A stretch of DNA of 64,000 nt from a virus (lineage: Duplodnaviria > Caudoviricetes): IMG/VR virus record IMGVR_UViG_3300012665_000817, positions 1 to 64,000 of that record; one strand, 5' to 3'. Shown here in pieces: positions 1-12,100 of the stretch. Made by a program: the position numbers and the translations under genes. Each line of letters opens with the position of its first letter. Positions within the stretch are counted from its first letter, which is position 1. Below the pieces are notes generated by a model. That model saw only the letters and a program-made list of their open reading frames with translations. It had not been told where the DNA came from and ran no database searches.

Positions 1-2
1 TT

Positions 3-131
3 AAAACCGACACAGGCAAGACCATCGCCTTTACCAAGGATGAGAATTGCGGGTGTGGATCACGTCTACGCACTTGGAATCCTTATGGACAGAACAGTTC
101 GGTCTATTCAACATCGGATCCAGTCGAATGA
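3..131 (+). CDS. 3' end of an upstream gene (partial), hypothetical protein with a CGCG motif
   Basis: Open frame from the window edge, KTDTGKTIAFTKDENCGCGSRLRTWNPYGQNSSVYSTSDPVE*. Its TGA overlaps the next ATG (ATGA, 128-131). Not in the ORF track. Confidence 0.55.
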   Translation, partial: KTDTGKTIAFTKDENCGCGSRLRTWNPYGQNSSVYSTSDPVE

Positions 132-424
132 GTGAGTTCTCAGCACTACAGATCGCCATCTTAGGTCTTGCTACCTATCGCACAACTCGCCTCTTTACTA
201 GAGACACTATCCTCAACCCTATCCGTAATTGGATCTGGAAGAAGTGCCCTCCAGAAAAGTCTTTCATCGGGTATCTACTGACCTGTGAGTGGTGCATGTC
301 AGTCTGGGTAGGATCAGGTTTTGTATTATCCGCTATCATTATTCCTGAAGTAACCTACATAGTTGCAACGATTTCAGCGTTGTCTGCTATTGCAGGATTG
401 TTGACCGCATATGAGGATAAGTGA
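128..424 (+). CDS. DUF1360-like small membrane protein
   Basis: LATYRTTRL...GYLLTCEWCMSVW motif and hydrophobic segments. Start moved from 47 to ATG 128 because of the ATGA coupling with the upstream frame. Confidence 0.65.
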   Translation: MSEFSALQIAILGLATYRTTRLFTRDTILNPIRNWIWKKCPPEKSFIGYLLTCEWCMSVWVGSGFVLSAIIIPEVTYIVATISALSAIAGLLTAYEDK

Positions 425-464
425 CAGCCCTCATGTTCCGCAGCAGAATTGACGAGGAGTAAAC

Positions 465-2162
465 ATGGGTATATTCACCAACGACGATTCCACACCAGTC
501 ACTCCCGCTCCTAAAAAATCTGCTCCTTCAGCAATCTCAACAATCTTCACAAACCAAGCTCAGTCTGTTAGCTATTCAACACCTCGTGCACTTACTGCAG
601 CGGCTGCTCAATTAAAAATTAATGACAAAGGTGAATACGAGCAGTTTAGAACTCGTCGTTCAGCAGGGTCTAGCGCATGGCAAGCAGAAGCTTGGGAATA
701 CTACGACGCAATCGGTGAAGTGAAGTATGCATTTAATTTAGTTGCATCAGTTGTTTCAAGAATTAGAATTTATGCAGCAGTCATTGATGATCCTGCAGAG
801 GCTCCAGTATCTGTTCGCAACTCAGATAAGATTGATGATCGTTTAGCTCAAGCAGCAGAGCGTGCACTTGATCGTTTAAATTCCGCATACGGAGGACAGG
901 CAGGGTTACTTAAAGATGCAGCACTTAACTTATCGGTTACTGGGGAATGCTACCTCGTTCAAATGCCAGCTAGAGCTGGAGCTGGTTTACCCGAGTCTTG
1001 GGATATTCGTTCTGTTGATGAAGTAACAACAGATCCAAAGGGTGGATTTAATGTTATTGGTCGTCGTGAACAAGCTGGTTCTGGACAAAATAATAACGGT
1101 TTAACTACAAAACTTTCAAAGAATGCATTTGTAGGACGCATCTGGCGTTCACACCCACGTTTCTCTGATGAAGCAGATTCATCTTTGCGTGGTCTTCTTG
1201 ATCTTTGTGCCGAACTCCTTCTACTGAATAGGACATTCCGTGCTACTGCTCGTTCTCGCCTCAATGCTGGTGCTCTTTATCTTCCTGATGGTCTTTCGGT
1301 TGCGGCGCAAGCGGATCCAGACTACCCCTACGATTCTGAGGATGGTATCGGTCCAAACTTTACTGCTGAAGAAGCAGAAGACGAGTTCGAAGAGCAGCTA
1401 ATGGATGCGATGACAACTCCGATTCGTGACGAAGAGTCCGCATCAGCAGTTGTTCCGCTAATCATTCGTGGTCCTGCAGAACTTGGCGACAAGATTAAGC
1501 AGTTTAAGTTTGAGCGTTCATTTGATCCAATGCTTGCAGAGCGCAGTGACCGTGTTCTAGAGCGCATCTTGCAGGGACTTGATGTTCCAAAGGATGTTGT
1601 TACAGGTCTTGCAAATGTTAAGTACTCAAACGCACTTCAGATTGATGAAACTCTTTACAAGTCACACATCGAACCAATGATGTTGCTTATTGCAGATGCA
1701 CTTACTGTTGTTTATCTTCGTCCATACCTTATCGCAAGTGGATTTACAGATACAGATGTAAACCGCATTGTTGTTTGGTACGACCCATCAGCAATTGCAA
1801 CTCGCAATGACCGTGCAGCAGATGCTGATTCAGGATTTGATCGTGGTGCAGTTTCTTACGACACATGGCGTCGTGCTCATGGCTTCTCAGATCAAGATGC
1901 ACCAACTCCAACAGAGATGGCAATCCGTATGCTCTCAGAGCGTGGAGCCCTCACACCAGAACTTACAGAAGCAATGCTCGGAGCAGTTGCACCAGATGTT
2001 ATGAATGCAATTCGCAGCGCACAGCAAGCAGCTTCCGTTGCCCCGCTACCTCCAGAGGTTGAGCAAGCACTTCAGCAAGCATCAGCAGGTGCAGAGGCAG
2101 CAGGAAACGTTGCTGAATCCCCAGATGCAGAGACAGCACCTGAGGGAACAGAAAATGTCTGA
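465..2162 (+). CDS. portal protein (actinophage type)
   Basis: 565 aa, first in the head operon, SD GAGGAG upstream. WQxEAWEYYD.IGEVKYA and LNLSVTGECYL motifs resemble actinophage portals. Confidence 0.8.
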   Translation: MGIFTNDDSTPVTPAPKKSAPSAISTIFTNQAQSVSYSTPRALTAAAAQLKINDKGEYEQFRTRRSAGSSAWQAEAWEYYDAIGEVKYAFNLVASVVSRIRIYAAVIDDPAEAPVSVRNSDKIDDRLAQAAERALDRLNSAYGGQAGLLKDAALNLSVTGECYLVQMPARAGAGLPESWDIRSVDEVTTDPKGGFNVIGRREQAGSGQNNNGLTTKLSKNAFVGRIWRSHPRFSDEADSSLRGLLDLCAELLLLNRTFRATARSRLNAGALYLPDGLSVAAQADPDYPYDSEDGIGPNFTAEEAEDEFEEQLMDAMTTPIRDEESASAVVPLIIRGPAELGDKIKQFKFERSFDPMLAERSDRVLERILQGLDVPKDVVTGLANVKYSNALQIDETLYKSHIEPMMLLIADALTVVYLRPYLIASGFTDTDVNRIVVWYDPSAIATRNDRAADADSGFDRGAVSYDTWRRAHGFSDQDAPTPTEMAIRMLSERGALTPELTEAMLGAVAPDVMNAIRSAQQAASVAPLPPEVEQALQQASAGAEAAGNVAESPDAETAPEGTENV

Positions 2163-3132
2163 CGCAAAAGCTCCTAAGAAAGATCAAATTAAAGGTTCTA
2201 GCAAAAATAAAAAGGGATCTGCATCAGGATCTCGTAAAGTAGTTTTTTCTAAAGCAGTAGAGAAGTCTCTGCAGGAAAAAGTAGCGACACATAATGAAAA
2301 GGCTAGAGATGGCCGTCGTGCAACTTTAGGAATGCTTAAAGCAGTTTATCGTCGTGGCGCAGGTGCTTACAGCACTTCACATCGTCCCGGCATGACTCGC
2401 AACCAGTGGGCTATGGCTCGTGTTAATGCATTTTTAAAGATGCTCAAGTCTGGTAAGCCAGCGAACTCAGCTTACAAGTCAGACAACGACTTGCTCCCAG
2501 CAAAGCATCCTCGCTCAACAAAGAAGAACAACTCAATCACTGCTTCGGCTGGACTAGTTCCAGAAGAATCAGACCTAGCTAATGCTCTCATTGAGATCGC
2601 TGAGAAGTATGGAAAGTTTAATGAAGATGCAACAGGAATTTGGGCAGGATATACCCCAGCCGCAGAAAACAAGTACAAGGGAATCGGAGTCAAGTGTTCT
2701 TCATGTGTTCTATACATGGGTAATGGCTCGTGCAGAATCATCGAAACCGAAGTCGAGGACGAGGGGAAGTGTCGTTTCGCGGTTATTCCAGATGGGGTCG
2801 TTGATGTCGGAATTCTCGAAGGCGAAAAACTCGGAAACGAAATCCAATCAGTAGAAGAGCTTGCACAGATTTCAGAAGAGTATCGTTTTGAACAAGAACT
2901 TACTGTAGAACTACAAGATGAAGAAGATTACGACTCTCCAGAGCACGCCATCCTCTCTCTAGCTGAGTTCTCAGGGTTTGGCTATGAGGCAGAGCATGCA
3001 GTTCGTGCAGCTTGGCTTCGTGGAGTTCGTAACAATGAAAATCCATTTAAAAGAGCAGCTAATTTTGCATCACTAGGTTACGAAAGCATGGATTCAGATC
3101 TATTGCCTAAAAAGGGAGAAGATAATGTCTAA
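2155..3132 (+). CDS. head-associated protein: basic helical N-domain (VYRRGAGAY...WAMARVNAF, DUF5824-like), HiPIP-like 4-Cys domain, acidic C-domain
   Basis: Likely start ATG 2155, overlapping the portal stop (ATGTCTGA). Motifs read directly from the translation. Confidence 0.65.
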   Translation: MSDAKAPKKDQIKGSSKNKKGSASGSRKVVFSKAVEKSLQEKVATHNEKARDGRRATLGMLKAVYRRGAGAYSTSHRPGMTRNQWAMARVNAFLKMLKSGKPANSAYKSDNDLLPAKHPRSTKKNNSITASAGLVPEESDLANALIEIAEKYGKFNEDATGIWAGYTPAAENKYKGIGVKCSSCVLYMGNGSCRIIETEVEDEGKCRFAVIPDGVVDVGILEGEKLGNEIQSVEELAQISEEYRFEQELTVELQDEEDYDSPEHAILSLAEFSGFGYEAEHAVRAAWLRGVRNNENPFKRAANFASLGYESMDSDLLPKKGEDNV

Positions 3133-6100
3133 GAAGAATCAAAGACAGCTTCACATCCTCTCTCAGAGCGAGACTATCTTTAGTACTCGCCAACAGGCAC
3201 GCATTATTCGCAGTGAAGCACTACAGATGATCGAGGCAGCTAATGAATTTACAACTAATACCCGTAGAGTTAATCGTCGCTCAGCTTTTCGTGTTGTTTC
3301 TCGCTCTCTACACTCTTCTGAAGGTCTCCCATTTTCAGTTCGTAAGCACCAAGCGCTCACAGAACTCTCAAACTACATCTCACTTGCAAAATACAACAAG
3401 GTAGTTGGCTTAACAGCATTTAACACAGACCTTCTACCTCTTACACACCCTCGTTCTACTCGTGAACACTCGATGACTGCATCTGCAATCATTCGTACAC
3501 ACGTTCAGTGGGTCACAGATGATCCACGCATCACCGACGAGAACGCTAAGGCACTTATTGCATCTGCGATGCTTGCTCCAGCTAATTCTCCAGAGAAACT
3601 TTATGCAATTACACGCCTCGAGAACCTTCCACAGGGTCATGTTCCATTAGAGGCAATGACTGCAGCATATGGTGGAGGAAACTCTGCTGCTGCAAAGCGT
3701 GCTCGTGTTGCTCTCCAGCTCCGTGATCGCCTCGGCCGTTGGGTTGAGATGTTTGGTGGACTTGGTATCAAGGTAAAGCGTCGTGATGGAAGCACAGCAA
3801 GCCTTTCAGGTCGTGCAGTTGGTCAGAACATCTTTAGTCCACAACTTGCAGACGTTGAACTTGGCGATGGTCGCATTGTTGCAATGCCAATTCGTCAATC
3901 AAGAGGTGGAAACTTCTTAGCTAGCGATGAAGCAAAGAAAGATGGCTTCACTCGTGCTGGTTCAACAGCAGATGATATGGATGATCCAATCATTGATGAA
4001 GCAGACCTTACATTTATGGAAAGCCCAAGCTCATTCGATAAGGATGAGAAGGGAAGCAAGCAGGGAACAACTAAGTACACAGATCAGGCTTATGATGTAG
4101 TTAAGTTTGACAGTAACAAGCGAGCTTTGGAAGATATTGTCGAAACAAACAAGATCAGAGCTGAAAAAGATTTAGATGATGCCGCTGTTGATAAGCAAGG
4201 CGAGACAGATGCAGATACAGGTAAGCAGTTCTGGGATCCAGAGAAGCCAATCTACGCAGTTTCACGTCGTGGTGGCACTCCATTTGCTTACACACAGAGT
4301 TGGAACGATGCACAGCAGAGAATTCAAGCAGACCAAAGATTCCTCGATGAAGAAGAGGGTCGTACACCTCTTGCACGAATCACACAGGATGACAACACTC
4401 CTGAAGATGAGACTCCACTTGTAGATCAGCAAGATAAGTTTAAGAAGGAAGAGATTGCACGTCTTCCAGAGCCAGAAGCTGACGCAGAGGCTCCACAAGG
4501 TTTTGAATACAAGGTTCCAGAAGATACTTACGAAGTAACTAACCCAACTGCACCATATCGCTCAGTATCTGAGTATGACGACCCTGCATCTCTTGCAAAC
4601 ATGTTCCAAGGTGATGAACTTGTTGAAGGTCTCGATGATGCACTTGATACTGGTCTTGGTCGTTTAACATTCCCAGATTCAGTTGGACCTGACGGAGAAC
4701 CTACTGGTGGAGAGCAAGAAGTTCCAGCAGAGGCAATCCTCAAGGCAATTGATGAAAAGGGCGGAGACGCAGAACTCGCACTTGCTCAAGCATACGATAA
4801 GCGTCTTGGAACAAACGAGAACGAAGATGCACTTGCTGCAAAGCGTGAAGCAGATAAAGAAGGCAAAGTTGGCGAGCCAAAGAAGCTCGGCGAAGTATTT
4901 GATGAAGTAACAAAGGCTCCAGAGCCAGAACCAGAAGCACCTGCAGAAGAGGAAACTCCTGATGCAGATATCCCAGAGATTACTGAAGATGCAGAGCCAT
5001 CTACATACCCTGCTCTTATTGATGGACTTACTGAAGAAGAGCAAGCAGAGTTTGATAAGAACAAGGATTACACTCCATATCTTTCAGAGGATGCTCCAGT
5101 TGAATGGCCAGAAGGTTCTACACCTCCACAAAATAGAATTCTTAGTGAAGAAGAGCGTGCTCAAGCTCTAGAGATTGCTAACTCAGATATTCCTGATGAA
5201 GATCTTGTCGAGTCATACAACGGAGCGATTAAAAACAAGTATGACGAAGATGGTTATGCACCATTTGGAGATCTAGACGAAAATAACGAAGTTCAAACTA
5301 TCCAAGTACCAAGTGAAGTACTTCGTGATGCAATGAAGCTTCGTAACTTCGACATGGATGAGACTAATCAGCAAGTTGTAGATGGAACTTGGGATGAAGT
5401 AGATCCAGAAGATGAAGTTGCTCTTGAAGAAGAGCCTGTAGCAGAAATTCCTACACCAAGAATTCCAGATGAAGGCAAGGGAACTAAGGCTGGAAAAGAT
5501 CCTCTCAAGGAAGGCTGGGGATCAGAAGATTGGATTGATGAAACATCTAAGGATCCTCGTTTCCACGAGATGCTTAAGAAGAATAAAGACTTTGCAAGAC
5601 TTACTGGTTTCTTTAATGATCCAACATTTGATAGCCCTCTTCTTTCTGATTATCAGGATAAAGAGATGGAAGGCTTTGAGGCTGGAAGTGAAGTAGAGGC
5701 AATTGACACTGGAGAATATGGTTTTGAACCAGGACCTTCAGCTCGTGTTCAGTATGCACTTGATATTCTGCAAGATCCTACGCAGTCAGTTCGTGGTGGT
5801 TTCAAAGACTTCAGAACTGGCGAGCGCTCTGCAGAGAATGAAAGAAACATTCTTAAGGCAGCAGACGAGCAACTCGATCTTGCTAAGCAAGATTTGTCAG
5901 AGTCAGATGTTATTGAAAACAAAGCAATCGACTCTGTTCGTGCAACTCTTGCAAAAGAAATTGCAAAGCTTGATAAGCAGATCGAGAAAGATAAGAAGAA
6001 GGCAGAAGAGGATGCAATTGCACCTCAAGTTTCTTATCGTCTAAGAGGAGATCGCCTAGAGCTTCGCTCTGGTAAGAAGGCTCCATTTAGAATTCAAGAA

Positions 6101-9100
6101 GTTAAAGACTTCCTAGATGACAACGGTTTTGATTGGAACCCAGACGCTAAGGCTGAAACAAAGTCTGGCATGGATGAAAAGCAAGCTAAGGCTTTCCTCA
6201 AGGAACTTAAAGATAGATTTGGAATCGACCTACTCGAAAGAGAAGGACAAGCTCGACTTGATCTAGATGCAGTCGATGAAACTCCAGAACCAGAAGCAGA
6301 AGACTTAACACCAGAGACTACAGATGTTGCTGGCCCAGAGGTTTCAAAAGACAAGACAGATATTGCTGACGCACTTCCAGATACTTTGCCAGAAGGTTGG
6401 TCAAAGGATCCAGAGTCTGCAACTCTTGCTAAGAATGAAGATGGAACAATTCTTGATCTTGTTGATGAACCAGGTGCTAAGTATTGGTTCCTTCTTGGTG
6501 GCTCTCTAGAGCAGTCAGTTGAGTTTAATAATCCACAAGAAGCATTTGATTATCACGAAAAGAACATGAAGGGCGAGTCAGCCCCACTAAGTGACGGACC
6601 TTTCCGTCCCAATGGAATTCTTCCAGGACTTCCTGGATACAAGCGTGATCCAGAAGTACCTATAGATCTTAGAGGCGACTATATTAAAGTTGGCGATAGG
6701 GTTCTACACAGAGGCAAGTATAAAAAAGTTAAAGAAATTACTGGCAAAGGTCTAGATAGAACTGTTTGGTTTGAAGAAGAGTTCCCTGGCGAAAACAACT
6801 GGCTAACTGTTGGAATTAAGCCTCAGTCTGTTAAGAGTCCTCTAGAGAATGATGGACCTGAAACACTTGACGTTGCTGGCGAGAAAGTTATTAAAGTTCC
6901 TAATGGACTTGGAGACTGGGAGCTTGATAACTTTGTCTTGAGAAAAGTATTTGGTAAGTGGACTGTCCGTGATAAAAACGGTGTAAAGAAGTTCGGCAAA
7001 TATGACACGATGGAAGATGCAGTAAAGGCTATTCAAGAATCTAGAAAAGAAAAGCCAGCGGCAACTCCAACTCCTGCAGAAATAGTTCCTAACTTCAAGC
7101 CTAAGCCAAAAGCTACCTCCGAAGAAGATGTGTCCTCAGAGGAGAATGTAACAACACAGGTTGTTACTGATATGGAAGAAGAGGAAGCTCCCGAGGCGAC
7201 TCCTACAACTCCAGAAGAGACAACACCAACAGAGTCTGAAATCCCAGAACCTACAACACAGCGTAAGGTTCTCATCTTCAAACTTGTGTTTGCTAACTTT
7301 GGTCCTAGAATGTATCAAACTGCTGGAAAGGGATCTAAGGATCTTGCTCCAGAAGTACAGGCTATGTTTGACGAGCTTGCAAAACTAGATACAGAAACTC
7401 TCAAGGCGTTAGGTCGTAATGTTAACGAAACTTGGGGATGGAAATACATCAAGAATGTCGATCCTAAGAGAGGATCTAAGGCTGATACTCCAGACATTGG
7501 TGATGGAGAAGTAGAGATTGTTTCTGAGCCAGAACAACCTGCAAGCACAATTGATGAATCTAACATTGAAGACGCAGTAATCGTAACAACCCCACGCATT
7601 GCAACAGCTAAGACAACAGATCTTAAGCCAGGCGATGTTATGACTAAGGACTTCTTTACAGTTACAAAGGTAGAACCAGGATTTGAAAAGAAGCGTAATG
7701 GAGAAATGGTTCCAGCTTCTCGTGTAAGTGGCTATTACCCTGGCGGAGTAGAGCAGTCAAGCAAACTTTGGGCAGACGATGTTCTCTTCGATGTTTATCG
7801 TGATGTAACTCCTCCTGCAAAGGGAGATCTACCTGAACTCAATCAGCCAAAGATGGGTGATTACGGAAAGCTTACAAAGGTCAATGGCGATTGGGAACTA
7901 AAAGACCCAGCTGAGCAAAAGCAATTTGAACAAGATATGGAAAAGTATCAGGAGCAACTAGCTACTCAGAAAGCACTATGGGATGCTCCAGAAGTAGAAC
8001 CTACTGTAAAAGAATTTACACCTGAAAACACTCTTCACGTTGTTAATGCACTTGGTAAGGATCTTAAGCCAAACGACATTGCATTCCGTCGTGATGGAGA
8101 TAATCTCAGCGAGTTCTTTGTTATTGAAGAAGTTCTTCCAGGTACAGTTATGGTTGAGCGTGCAGATGGAAAGCCAGCTGAAGAAAAGGTTCAGATCCGT
8201 GGATACTACCCAGGACATGAATCACAAGTTAAGTCTTGGAAGGTCGGAACATCTGTTGAAGTTCTCCGTGGAGAAAAGGCAGAGAACATTCCTGCAAAGG
8301 GCGATAAGCCAGCAATCGAAAGTATTGAGCCAGGAACTCTTAAGGGTCAGGCTTACAAAGACAAGAATGCAGAAATTTCAGCAGCAAGAAAAGAAGCAGG
8401 TAGTGCATACACACCTAACCTAACAGCTACAGATATCCCAGCGGTGCTGGTACAAAAGCCAAGCAACTGGGACCGTGGAAATCGTCCAGCATTCTTTGGT
8501 AAAGCTGCAGAGCTTGCAAACCTCAAGGATGGAGCTGCAATCTCAGAAGCTCTTAAGGGCAAGAGAGTTGTTTACTTTGACTTTGAAACAGTAGGAACTG
8601 GAAAGTTTGATAACGATAATCCTGATGCACCTATTCAGGTTGCAGCATCTGTCTGGGAAGGTGGAGAGAAGGTTGGAGAGATCAACCTATTCATCAACCC
8701 AGGTGAACCTCTTGGAGACTTCTACTACAAGACAGATGCAGATGGAAATAAAGTTCTTGACCCAGAGAAGCTACTTATCTCAGACGGACAAATCGTTGAC
8801 GACGAGTTCCTAGCAAGCCAACCATCTATCGAAGAACAGCTTCGTGCATTTGCAGAGTTCGCTGGACAAGATGCAATCTTTGTTGCACACAACGCTGAGT
8901 TTGATACAAATACATTTGAGAAGTGGGCTAAGAAGTTTGGTATCGATTACAACATGGATGGTGTTATCGATACTCTTGAACTAGCAAAGAGCATGACTCC
9001 TAAGGGCAATAAGCTCGGTCAAGTTGCTAAGCGCTACGGCATTGAGAAGACAGATGAAGAGTGGCATGACGCTAGAACTGACTCAGAGGTTCTTCCAGCG

Positions 9101-12100
9101 ATTCTAGAAGGCTTACTTGGAGACATAAAGCCTGACAATAGAGAATTTGATAGTGCAACACGCCTTGCAGAGTTTAACGCCAAGCGTTCTGCATATAACG
9201 AAAAGATGGAAGCATTTAAGAAGCAAGAAGCAGAGCTTGCTATGGCTGAAGCAGTCAAACGTGGAATGTCTGGAGAGCAAGTATCTGTCGATGAGATGCT
9301 CGGTAAGCCTACGACAACATCTGGCTTTGGATCTGAAGGAAGCACAGATACTGCTGAAGAGTACGCCTACGAGTCAATCTTTGGTGGAAAGATTAACAAC
9401 TCTTGGATCGAAGATGATGAAAACACATTTGTTGTTGACGAAGGCGGAGCAACTGTTGGTGATATTAAGGTTGGTGACTTTGTCCCAGCTGAAGGTGGCG
9501 GATACCACGAAGTTGTAGAGCTTCAACAAGACCCAGAAGATCCAAACGGAACTATCGTTATTCGTAGAATTGTTTCAACTGGTGAGCTATACAGCACACG
9601 AGTTACAGAGAAGAAGTCTCCAGGAATTGGTTGGTCTAATGGAAAGGTTCTTAAGGGAACACTTCGTCGTCGTAATGAACTAGCTGGTAAGACACCTGCA
9701 GAAGTTAAAGATCTAGTATCTAAGCCAGTAGTTGTTGCTCCAGAACCTAAGACAAAGCCAAAGACAGCTACACCTAAGGGTAAGAAGTCTATTACTCCAG
9801 AAGAGACTCAGAGTGTTGTCTCAGATGCAATCGAAACAATTACATCTGGTGCTAAGCCAGACGCTACTGTTGAGGAAGCAGTTAAGGGTCTTCCAGTAGA
9901 TGACACAACTAAAACTGCAGTACTTGCTGTTCGTCCAGATGCATCTATCAATCATCTTTCAGCAGATGGTGTTGCTCTTAAGGTTGGCGATAGAGTTCGT
10001 GGAGTTAAGCACGGCCGCATGGGTGAAGTCAGAGCAATCCTTACAACATACGGTCCTCGTGGATACAAGAACTATGTCAAGGTAAAGTTTGATGACGCTG
10101 CTAAGCGTGAAAACATTTCAGCAGGTTCACTACAGATTATTAATCCAGATGATGGTGGCGGTTTCTTTGTAGATACAACACCTCCAACAGTTGGAGAGCC
10201 AGTAAATCCTAATGAAACTCCTAAATCAACAGAAGAACTAACTTCACTTCTTACTGGAGATGTTGCAGATAACACTCCTACAGTTGAAGTCCCTGAAGAG
10301 CCTGTAGTTATGGATGCTGAAGAGCGAAGCAGAATTTGGAAAGAAAACGAAGAAAAGAGAATGAAGTACGCTCTTGATCTAAACTACCGCCAAGTAAGCC
10401 CTGAAGCATTAGCAGAACTCACAGCGGCAGTTCAAGATATTTCTCAGTACGACAAGGGTCATCAAAGATCTGTTACAGCATTTATGCCAAGTCTTTCTAC
10501 TGGAAAACCTGTAAAGGCAACATATACATTTGTAAAGCCAAGTAAAAAAGAGCTTGAATATCGTGAAGACTTTGAACCAGACGATATTATTGTCAAGATT
10601 GGTCCAAGCAACACTGAAGCAGTTATCAAATCAGATGGAAAAATTTTCTATTTCGATAATCCATCTATTCCAAACTGGTGGTTCAGCGTTAGATCTCCAG
10701 ACCTATACACAGCTATTGAAAAGAAAGATGAAGTCACTCTTCCTCTAGGAGAAAAACCTGACCTTGAAAATATGGGAATGATCTCTCTTAATCAAGAGTT
10801 CCCAATTGAATCTGCAGGTAGCCCAGACGATGAACTAGATCCAGATTTTATTGCAGATAGCCCTGATGCAGAGCCAAAGGGAATCAAGCCAACTAAGCAA
10901 CAGCAAGCAGTTATTGATGCTGTAGTTTCTGGTAAGGATGTAATTGTTCAGGCTCTTGCTGGAACAGGCAAGACCAGCACACTTAAGATGGCTGCAAAGG
11001 CTGTTGCAGAAAAAGATCCAGAAAAAACTATTCTTTACATTGCCTTTAATAAGGCTGTAGCTGCAGAACTCAATGCAGACCCAGATCGTCCTTCAAATAT
11101 GATTGCAAGAACCAACACACAGGTTGCTTGGCACCACTCACCTACATGGATGCAAAAGCGTAGTTTCGATAAGACATCTATTGGATTCCCAACAGAAGTT
11201 GCAGACCATCTTGAGTTCGGACCAGTTAAGGTCACAGAGATTAAGAAGGATGGAACAAAGGTAGAAGCAACTCTCTCAAGTAGAGAAGTAGTTGCAGTTG
11301 TTCGTCAGGCAGTAACAGCATTTGCACAAAGTGCCGATGAAAAGATTATGCCTAAGCACTTCACAGATAATTTTGTAGATATTCCTGAAGTATTCATTGA
11401 CTACGCAAACCGCTGGTGGGACGACATCTCAAGCCCTAAGGGTCGCTTGACAATGAACCAGTCTTTCCCAGAAAAATATGTTCAACTTAATGGCATTGAT
11501 GTAACAATGTCTCCAGATTCAGAAACTACAAATCCAGACAAGGTAATTCCTGCAGCAGACATTATCTTCTTTGACGAAGCACAGGATATTAACGATGTTG
11601 CTGGTGACTGGGTGCGTAAGCAAAATGTACAAAAGGTATTTGTTGGCGATGGAAACCAATCTATCTATGGCTTCCGTGGAGCTAAGGATCAACTAGATAC
11701 TCTTGAAGGAGCAGAGAAGCTTCAAATCACAGAGTCATTCCGTTTCGGTCCAAACATTGCAGCACCTGCTAACCGTTTCCTTGCTGTTGCTGGAAAGCCA
11801 GAGAGAGTCATTGGAGCTGGTAAAGATCAAGGTAAGGTTGTAGAAAGTCTTGACCAGATGCCAGACCCAGATGCAGTTCTTGTTCGCACAAATGGTGGCG
11901 GATTCAAGGCAATGCTTGAGTATCTTGAGCAAGGAAAAACTGTAGGTATTAGTCAATCAACCAAGACAAGACTTGAAGAAGTTATTGATACAACAAGTTG
12001 GCTAATGGGCGGAAAGAAAGGCTCAAAGCCAGCAAAATACAATGCAGAAATTGGAATGTACGACTCTTGGGAAGAGCTTTCTACTGCAGTGCGAGAAGGA

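Noticed and set aside
47-127. ORF-track start of the first gene at 47
   Set aside because: The region is better explained as the 3' end of an upstream gene ending in the ATGA overlap at 128-131.
128-424. DUF1360-like membrane protein as a holin marking a lysis cassette
   Set aside because: No endolysin is adjacent or elsewhere in the window, and hydrophobicity alone is not sufficient.
2005-2154. ORF-track N-terminal extension of the 375-aa protein
   Set aside because: It overlaps the portal by 150 nt in another frame. ATG 2155 with an 8-nt overlap matches the coupling used by the next gene.
6680-10140. Intein/Hint domains suggested by DLKxGD motifs in the giant protein
   Set aside because: No N-terminal C-[LFI] block A or C-terminal HN-[CST] block G was found around them. 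Barrel repeats fit better.
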